A stretch of DNA of 64,000 nt from an uncultured virus (IMG/VR IMGVR_UViG_3300025270_001776). Taxonomy: Duplodnaviria > Heunggongvirae > Uroviricota > Caudoviricetes. The DNA is taken from IMG/VR virus record IMGVR_UViG_3300025270_001776. The stretch is one strand, 5' to 3'. Under the pieces are notes generated by a model. The model was not told where the DNA came from. It saw only the letters and a list, made by a program, of their open reading frames with translations, and made no database searches. The position numbers and the translations under genes are program-made. Numbering within the stretch: position 1 is the stretch's first letter; every line of letters begins with the position of its first letter. Positions 58,409 to 64,000 of this stretch are shown one piece after another.

Positions 58409-58417
58409 GTATACACA

Positions 58418-58819
58418 TTATGGCTTGACTTGTAGTGGAGATACTGCCACATCATCCTTATTTTTATTTGACACATGAAGTTCCTGTAATTGGGTATATT
58501 TAACTAAGAGTTTATTGAATTCTTCTTGTCTACCACCAGACACACATTTTTCATAAAGATCCTCTAATAGAATAGTAACCAAATTATCATATTTTAATTT
58601 ATACAATATGGTAGCTAAAAAATCAATGTTTACTTCTCCATCTTGCCACCCACATTCAAAAAAAACCATACCTTCGTGATCCGTAGATACTGTTACGAAA
58701 CAGCTTTTTTCGTCATCTTCTGAAGGTGGAAGATCCGAATTTTGAGATAAGTTCGACATAGTAAGGGTCCAGCTCCGGTAGGTGGGATTTTTCCATTTTA
58801 TCAAAAGTATAAAAATCAC
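58418..58819 (-). CDS. Hypothetical protein (start probably MSNLSQ)
   Basis: Coupled ORF. Confidence 0.55.
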   Translation of the reverse strand: MIFILLIKWKNPTYRSWTLTMSNLSQNSDLPPSEDDEKSCFVTVSTDHEGMVFFECGWQDGEVNIDFLATILYKLKYDNLVTILLEDLYEKCVSGGRQEEFNKLLVKYTQLQELHVSNKNKDDVAVSPLQVKP

Positions 58820-59117
58820 CCTTTTTTTCTATTACACCAGAAAGAGATAGTGTTGTTATGTAAATCACTTCGGCCTCAGATAGGTTTAATTTTCTGAAAC
58901 CGCACAACATCTTTGTAGCCCATTCATAGTCTACATTTAAATATTTTTCATGTATAGAGCGAAGGGTGGATGACTCATCTCCTGTTCCCATATATGCGGA
59001 AGGTAAAAACCCCTCATTAGTTAGGAGGGTCTTAATGTAATTATCATCGGTAGGAAACAGAGATTTATTCATTGTTATCACAAGATAACTAATTTTAATC
59101 TTCATTTGTTGACTCAT
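58713..59117 (-). CDS. Hypothetical protein
   Basis: Coupled ORF. Confidence 0.55.
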   Translation of the reverse strand: MSQQMKIKISYLVITMNKSLFPTDDNYIKTLLTNEGFLPSAYMGTGDESSTLRSIHEKYLNVDYEWATKMLCGFRKLNLSEAEVIYITTLSLSGVIEKKGDFYTFDKMEKSHLPELDPYYVELISKFGSSTFRR

Positions 59118-59361
59118 CGAGATCTTGTGCTGACTGTAACTGTTGCATCATTTGTGACTTCATCTCTTGAATCACATTAAAATTGCTTTGGGCCGATTCA
59201 TACTTCTTAACGGCATTTATAAATTCCCCAAAAACATCGGGGTGTTCACCAATACCTACCGAACTGGTCATGTAGAGATTAAGAGTAAGAGCGTGCTCAT
59301 CCATAAGAGCCTTAAAGAGTGATTCGGCAGCGTTCAAAAAATTATTCATGTTTTCTCCCAA
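59095..59361 (-). CDS. Small hypothetical phage protein (VGIGEHPD motif)
   Basis: GGGAG RBS before MNNFL; directly downstream of a consensus promoter. Confidence 0.65.
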   Translation of the reverse strand: MGENMNNFLNAAESLFKALMDEHALTLNLYMTSSVGIGEHPDVFGEFINAVKKYESAQSNFNVIQEMKSQMMQQLQSAQDLDESTNED

Positions 59362-59362
59362 T

Positions 59363-59406
59363 AAAAAAGAAAAAGTGAGTCGCTATACTCCATTATAGCA
59401 ACTCAC
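59363..59406 (-). terminator. Intrinsic terminator overlapping the promoter -10 box
   Basis: GTGAGTTGCTATA-ATGGAG-TATAGCGACTCAC 13-bp stem followed by TTTTTCTTTTTT. Confidence 0.8.
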
Positions 59407-59420
59407 CTTCAATATGTCAA
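59392..59420 (-). promoter_or_regulatory. Consensus sigma70 promoter
   Basis: TTGACA (59420-59415), 17-nt spacer, TATAAT (59397-59392); A-tract UP-like element upstream. Confidence 0.85.
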
Positions 59421-59471
59421 TTTTTTTTACTTTTTTTTGAAAGTAACTTGGAATTGACTTACCTATATTAT

Positions 59472-59651
59472 TCAGACGGTTTCCCGTACCGTGTCGCCAA
59501 TAATCCATGCAGCGACAATAGTCGTAACACCCACAATTTGCTCAGTGTCGAATTCCATACCAAAAATTTCTGAGCCAACCACAGCGATAACGCCAGCAGC
59601 GGCTACCCAAAAACGACGCGATTTAAGCAACGAAACAAGTTTATCTTTCAT
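59472..59651 (-). CDS. Unannotated 59-aa two-TM holin-like protein
   Basis: MKDKLVSLLKSRRFWVAAAGVIAVVGSEIFGMEFDTEQIVGVTTIVAAWIIGDTVRETV*; AGGAG RBS; just under the 60-aa ORF cutoff. Confidence 0.75.
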   Translation of the reverse strand: MKDKLVSLLKSRRFWVAAAGVIAVVGSEIFGMEFDTEQIVGVTTIVAAWIIGDTVRETV

Positions 59652-59676
59652 AACAGTTCTCCTATAAAGTAAAATT

Positions 59677-60324
59677 TTAGCCGTCCGTGTTCACACAAAT
59701 ACTAGGTCCATACAGTTTCTGTATTTTTTGTATATCGTCTGCCTGTGGCCCCAAAGAGTTATTTATATAAGGAAACATTAACGCATTTTCATCATTAGAA
59801 TGGTCGAGACCTAATAAATGTCCGATTTCATGAGCGGCTACAGATCGTAATACGATACCCTGAAGATAATCCTCAGGTATTACCCATTTTTCAGCGAGGT
59901 CAAACTTAGTCAACAGCTGACCATCAAAATCTTTGTCATTCGGCATTTGTGCCCAAGCTAATATGCCTCCCCTTCTACCGAAACCCTCACGCCATCTACG
60001 TCCCACGCTAATGATAATATCGGCTTCATTTGAACGGTTGGTGTGCTCAAAAACAAGTGGAGTTATTGCAGACCAAGCGTCAAAAGCGAGCTTAAATTCG
60101 TGATCCCATACATCTCTTTCTAATTCTCTCGTGTCCCTGCCTTGCATATGATAAGAAAGATTATTTTTTCCCCATTTTGATTTTTTTCCAGATACATCCT
60201 CTATTGAATCTTTAACGCCACATCTTGGATAGTTTTTTGATATCGAGTATGCTTCGTTTTGATTATATATTGAAAAACCTAAAAATGCCGACAAGGTACC
60301 AGCACAAAATTTTCTTCTTCTCAT
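59677..60324 (-). CDS. Matrixin (peptidase M10A) metalloprotease with Tat-like signal and cysteine switch
   Basis: MRRRKF signal, PRCGVKD, AFDAWS..TPL.F, HEIGHLLGLDHS, ALMFP Met-turn. Confidence 0.88.
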   Translation of the reverse strand: MRRRKFCAGTLSAFLGFSIYNQNEAYSISKNYPRCGVKDSIEDVSGKKSKWGKNNLSYHMQGRDTRELERDVWDHEFKLAFDAWSAITPLVFEHTNRSNEADIIISVGRRWREGFGRRGGILAWAQMPNDKDFDGQLLTKFDLAEKWVIPEDYLQGIVLRSVAAHEIGHLLGLDHSNDENALMFPYINNSLGPQADDIQKIQKLYGPSICVNTDG

Positions 60325-60335
60325 CGTAACCCCCT

Positions 60336-60374
60336 AAAAAAGCACTAAAGCCCCCAATCCATTGAGAGCCTTAG
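60336..60374 (-). terminator. Possible intrinsic terminator
   Basis: CTAAGGCTCTCAAT/ATTGGGGGCTTTAG stem (G-U pairs on minus) followed by TGCTTTTTT. Confidence 0.55.
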
Positions 60375-60384
60375 AGTTTACATC

Positions 60385-60567
60385 CTAGTCTTTTACAAAC
60401 AGCTGTTTGAAAGAATCTACAGACCACCATCCCTGCCACACACCACCGAAAAACACACCAGCGCCGACACAAGCCAAAAAGAGCAACGGTCGACGGTTTG
60501 CTAATTCGAGGGGATGCGTGAGGCCATAAATTAGGCTTCGTAACGGTTTTTTTTCGTCAAAACCCAT
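60385..60567 (-). CDS. Small single-TM membrane protein
   Basis: RRPLLFLACVGAGVFFGGVW; AAAGGGG RBS. Confidence 0.6.
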   Translation of the reverse strand: MGFDEKKPLRSLIYGLTHPLELANRRPLLFLACVGAGVFFGGVWQGWWSVDSFKQLFVKD

Positions 60568-60595
60568 GATTACCCCTTTGTAAACAGGAAATTAA

Positions 60596-60790
60596 TTAAA
60601 ACACCCTAAAAACGCCATATGCAATTACAGCAACGGCAGCAGCTATCGCAAACCACTTAAATACACTCGCTAGAGCTAAAAGTAAATCACGAAGTGGTCT
60701 GGGTCGCTTTATTCTCCACTCTCTATATCTATCTACTCGTTTTCTATAGGCCTCCCTACGTTTTTCTGCCTTTTCTGCAAATGATGCCAT
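60596..60790 (-). CDS. Small basic membrane protein
   Basis: Arg/Lys-rich N-terminus and C-terminal TM; GAGG RBS. Confidence 0.6.
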   Translation of the reverse strand: MASFAEKAEKRREAYRKRVDRYREWRIKRPRPLRDLLLALASVFKWFAIAAAVAVIAYGVFRVF

Positions 60791-60807
60791 TATATTTCCT
60801 CATTTTA

Positions 60808-61863
60808 TCAAATACCACCCAGTAACTCATTAGCCGAATTTTTCCACGAAAATTTTACAGCCGTATTGATGCCTGATGTATTAGGTGATAAGGAGCCCTC
60901 ATTTTTTTTGTGATATATTGATCTCATATGTTCTATGGTTTGGTCTTTTTGATTTTCAGATATTTCCGCCCAAAAACCTCTGTCACCGTGAAACCAAACG
61001 CCATCATAGGCGGTTTCTAGGTTATCAATATTTATCAAATGGGCATTTTCTGTGGTACAAAATTCCGTGTGACCGGAGTAATTGGTAGCTATAACGTGTT
61101 TACCGCAACTCATCATTTCAAGTAATTCTAAGTTCCAGCCCTCCGCTCTGGCGGGAAAAATACCACAATCTGTTTGTGTCATAATATTATACACATCTTT
61201 TTGTGTTTTTTGACGGGGAATGACGCGGATTTTGTCTCCGAGAGGAGACGATTTGTATGTATCAATCCATTTTTGATTATCAACATTAGGAAATGGGTTA
61301 TCGCACATCATCCACAATTCCACATTATCGTTATAGTTAAATGCTTCATTAAAATAATCCACCAAAACATCATGTCCCTTTCTAACTTCCCATTTTCCAC
61401 AATTAAAAAAAATAGTCTGTTGTCGGGAAGATGGTTTTTCCTTAAAAATATTTCTATCAACACCCAAAGGCACAACGTGAATATTGTCACCGTTAAAACT
61501 TGTATTTTGAGCAACAATTTCCTTGGCCCACCTAGAACAAACAAATATTTTATCACAGTGTAACATACTGGCAACTTCAGTAGGACTAAATTTAGTTAAT
61601 TCAAAAACGGGAAAGCCAACATGCACCCCTTTACCTACATGATGATGTAGCTCATGCTGATGCCATAATCGCACAGAAGGAGAAGACGTGCTAACCGATT
61701 GTTGGTTACTAAGGCATTTTTCTACTATTGCCATATCGGGCATTTGTTCTGGTTGCCCAATGGGATACAGGGCAACACCATTATTTTTGTGTAGCTCTTT
61801 CATAATGTTATAGCCAGCAATACCATATCCCAAATTATTAATTGGGGCTGTTAAATTTATCAT
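60808..61863 (-). CDS. Glycosyltransferase family 4
   Basis: LGYG, VVPLGVD, GKWEVRKG, PARAEGWNLELLEMMSCG. Confidence 0.88.
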   Translation of the reverse strand: MINLTAPINNLGYGIAGYNIMKELHKNNGVALYPIGQPEQMPDMAIVEKCLSNQQSVSTSSPSVRLWHQHELHHHVGKGVHVGFPVFELTKFSPTEVASMLHCDKIFVCSRWAKEIVAQNTSFNGDNIHVVPLGVDRNIFKEKPSSRQQTIFFNCGKWEVRKGHDVLVDYFNEAFNYNDNVELWMMCDNPFPNVDNQKWIDTYKSSPLGDKIRVIPRQKTQKDVYNIMTQTDCGIFPARAEGWNLELLEMMSCGKHVIATNYSGHTEFCTTENAHLINIDNLETAYDGVWFHGDRGFWAEISENQKDQTIEHMRSIYHKKNEGSLSPNTSGINTAVKFSWKNSANELLGGI

Positions 61864-62314
61864 TTTTGATCCTTTGCGTTATTACAGTAGTAGATATCGC
61901 TTTAGCGTAAGGAATAAACAAAATTTCACACTTCATATCGTCCAGTAATTCTTGTGTTAGATTTAAATAACTCAAATAATTTTTTGTTTTCCAGTTTGAC
62001 CCCAAAACAATGTAATGGGGCTTACACACCTGTTCTATAAGATATCGCTGGTTGTGTTCAGAAGGAACTATAAACGCTTCGTCTACATATTGACATGCTT
62101 GAACGACTTCTAGGCGCTCATTACCATGCATAATTGGCGTATTTTCCTCAGAAAAATGATCTCCTTCAATAGCCACAATCAGCTTGCAGCTCTGACTGAA
62201 AACATAGGCGCGATTTTTTTTTCTAAAATATCTTTTGATGTTTCTAAGAAATTTGACATGTCCGTAATGGAACAAATCAAATGTGCCTCTGGTGTAAACT
62301 ATGGGGGGGCTCAT
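61838..62314 (-). CDS. Cytidylyltransferase (TagD/RfaE-like, HxGH)
   Basis: GTFDLFHYGH, ER...CQYVDE, ISTT. Confidence 0.85.
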   Translation of the reverse strand: MSPPIVYTRGTFDLFHYGHVKFLRNIKRYFRKKNRAYVFSQSCKLIVAIEGDHFSEENTPIMHGNERLEVVQACQYVDEAFIVPSEHNQRYLIEQVCKPHYIVLGSNWKTKNYLSYLNLTQELLDDMKCEILFIPYAKAISTTVITQRIKNDKFNSPN

Positions 62315-62391
62315 GTCTATGCCTTTGTGTGTGTGTTCTTAAATCTTGGAGAAGAAAGGACTCAGTCGGAAAAGAAGAGGTAGGACATACC

Positions 62392-63225
62392 TTAATTATC
62401 TAGTATTTTTTTTATTACCGGAGCCAACGTATCATATACCGCAAAATGTTCTTCTGTAGTGGGATAATAACTATTATGGGTCATAACTCGTTTTGGCTCC
62501 CCTAAAAACTCTTGTGCGTACTTATTTTCTTGGGGAAAAGGGAATCTTTCGGGCTCAGACTGATATATTATTTCTACGAATTCGTCGGCTTCTTCAGCAA
62601 TATTCATTATGGTGTCTTTGTCAATCAATTGGGGGAACCTACCAAATAAAGTATTTGTATCAGTTGTATCTATAGTGTTATCTGAATATCCAAATTTTGA
62701 CATGAATAAAAATATGACTGGCACAGTAATAGCCCTAAAAAGTTCTTTGAACTCCTTCATGTATTGCACACGAGTTTCCAAAACTAATTCTATAATTTTA
62801 TCCGTTTCAAATTTATTAATTATATATTCCCAAAAGACTTGTCCTACACAGTGCTCACCGGTTATTTCATTTTTTCCATGATTAGACCACGCTGTCCAAT
62901 ATTTATTACTCACGCTTCTTCCAGACATAACTGTTACAACCGCCAACTGACCTCTATTAATAACATCTAAATTATCCACAAAAAAGGGACTGGAAGGCCC
63001 ATGGCCAGCAGTTCCAAAGTTTGCACATTCAACACCTAAAAAATTATGAATAAGTGTCGGAAAAGGGAACGACGCATATCTTCCAAAAACTTGTCCAGCC
63101 CCCAAAAACGAAATATAATCTTTCTCTAACATAGGAGCAGGACCCCTAAAGGGATGCCTATTGGAATGCCATATTTCATAATTAAACCAAGGGTCTTCTT
63201 TTTGATAGTATCCGTAGTCTAGCAT
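62392..63225 (-). CDS. DUF6473-like (SGNH-like) protein
   Basis: FRGP, FLGAGQVFGRY..PFP, VMSGRSVSN, YYPT.E.H. Confidence 0.6.
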   Translation of the reverse strand: MLDYGYYQKEDPWFNYEIWHSNRHPFRGPAPMLEKDYISFLGAGQVFGRYASFPFPTLIHNFLGVECANFGTAGHGPSSPFFVDNLDVINRGQLAVVTVMSGRSVSNKYWTAWSNHGKNEITGEHCVGQVFWEYIINKFETDKIIELVLETRVQYMKEFKELFRAITVPVIFLFMSKFGYSDNTIDTTDTNTLFGRFPQLIDKDTIMNIAEEADEFVEIIYQSEPERFPFPQENKYAQEFLGEPKRVMTHNSYYPTTEEHFAVYDTLAPVIKKILDN

Positions 63226-63226
63226 C

Positions 63227-63952
63227 TCAATTATTTCCTATGGTGTTTCTAAGTTCGGTTGCGTTGGGTATTAATTCATATTTAATATTACCTAAATTAA
63301 ATTTGTCAGCAGGCGAGAGGAATTGCTTCCACTGATCATTCTTTATGCGGCACTCTAGAAAATTACAAAGTCCAAGAAAATTTTTTTGCACATTTTCATT
63401 GTACCATTTTTCATAAGTTATATAATATGTCTGTTTACGTTGTGCCATTCTACGGTATATTTTTAAATTTTTATTCAGCAGCCTGTGCCTATGGTTGACA
63501 AGACCCATAGGCATCGGGTCTCTCATGAGAGTATGGAAATCTGAAAAATCTTTTTTCGTATGACCACCTTCGGCCTTGTCCCATTCATTCCAAAATGAGT
63601 GTCCAGTTTTTTGTTTATAGTTAATAGACATCCATTCTGATAAAGCAACCTCCAGCTGGTCTTCTCTGTGTATAAAAACAATTTTGTGAGCGATGTCAAA
63701 CAGTCTCTTCAAATCAGCCATTGGGATTTGGTGAGACAAATGTTTGATACCTTCGTTTGACATAGTTGCTAACATCTCAAATACAGATTCAATATCCTCA
63801 TGCACAATAAGGTTATCTGGCCCCTTTTTAATATTCTTGTTGCAGTCTGGATTAAAGGGTTCTACTAAAATATTAATGTCCGTAGACTTGTTTAAAGATT
63901 TGTTTATTGATGTACTTCCACATCTGGGAGTTGTTCCAAATAGTAATATCAT
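63227..63952 (-). CDS. Sulfotransferase-like protein (Stf0-like)
   Basis: TPRCGSTS PAPS-binding loop, EPFN, R..LEVALS, ITYE. Confidence 0.7.
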   Translation of the reverse strand: MILLFGTTPRCGSTSINKSLNKSTDINILVEPFNPDCNKNIKKGPDNLIVHEDIESVFEMLATMSNEGIKHLSHQIPMADLKRLFDIAHKIVFIHREDQLEVALSEWMSINYKQKTGHSFWNEWDKAEGGHTKKDFSDFHTLMRDPMPMGLVNHRHRLLNKNLKIYRRMAQRKQTYYITYEKWYNENVQKNFLGLCNFLECRIKNDQWKQFLSPADKFNLGNIKYELIPNATELRNTIGNN

Positions 63953-64000
63953 GTTACCCGCTCACAATATATGATAACGACTTTACTAATGATTGCGAAA

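Noticed and set aside
62315..62391. Short (GT)n run and purine-rich stretch in an intergenic gap
   Set aside because: Too short to be meaningful; no repeat partner or structure found
981..63974. Many short + strand ORFs and nested - strand ORFs in the track
   Set aside because: They lie within well-supported minus-strand genes and have no motifs; treated as shadow ORFs
1..64000. Interpretation as a cellular chromosome
   Set aside because: No ribosomal, translation or transport genes; phage-like clustering of divergent replication genes, many small orphans and uniform strand. No capsid or terminase gene is in the window, so the viral call remains an inference
1..64000. tRNA or rRNA genes
   Set aside because: Intergenic gaps are short and none shows a cloverleaf or T-loop pattern by eye

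Overview
This window is best read as a 64-kb segment of a large tailed dsDNA phage (jumbo-phage scale), probably infecting Planctomycetota. The host call is an inference from two Tat-exported DUF1501 genes. Genes are densely packed and all on the minus strand except a partial + gene at the left end, which meets them at a convergent terminator. Modules from left to right: (1) 0.4-7.9 kb, an operon-like cluster for Arg/Orn/Lys catabolism (HPPD-like VOC protein, aldehyde dehydrogenase, ArgZ-like amidinotransferase, Lys 6-aminotransferase, saccharopine dehydrogenase-like, ornithine cyclodeaminase-like) plus a class I fructose-bisphosphate aldolase; (2) 9.8-31.4 kb, a glycosylation island; (3) 31.4-49 kb, replication, recombination and nucleotide metabolism (SSB, an intein-free DnaE split into two genes around a DnaQ-like exonuclease, Cas4-like nuclease, dNMP kinase, primase, DnaB, dUTPase, RecA, PhoH); (4) 49.6-57.7 kb, tandem DUF1501 genes, a tail-tube-like gene, class II RNR, dCMP deaminase and a sigma-like factor; (5) 59.5-64 kb, holin-like small membrane genes around a cysteine-switch matrixin, then more sugar-modifying genes. 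The most striking unexplained element is a 79-nt structured RNA motif present twice (7872-7950 and 49581-49659; 64/79 identical). It shows compensatory base changes, pseudoknot potential and a U-tract, and each copy lies about 20 nt upstream of a start codon. One copy leads the amino-acid catabolism cluster. All family calls come from motif recognition by eye; no database searches were run.
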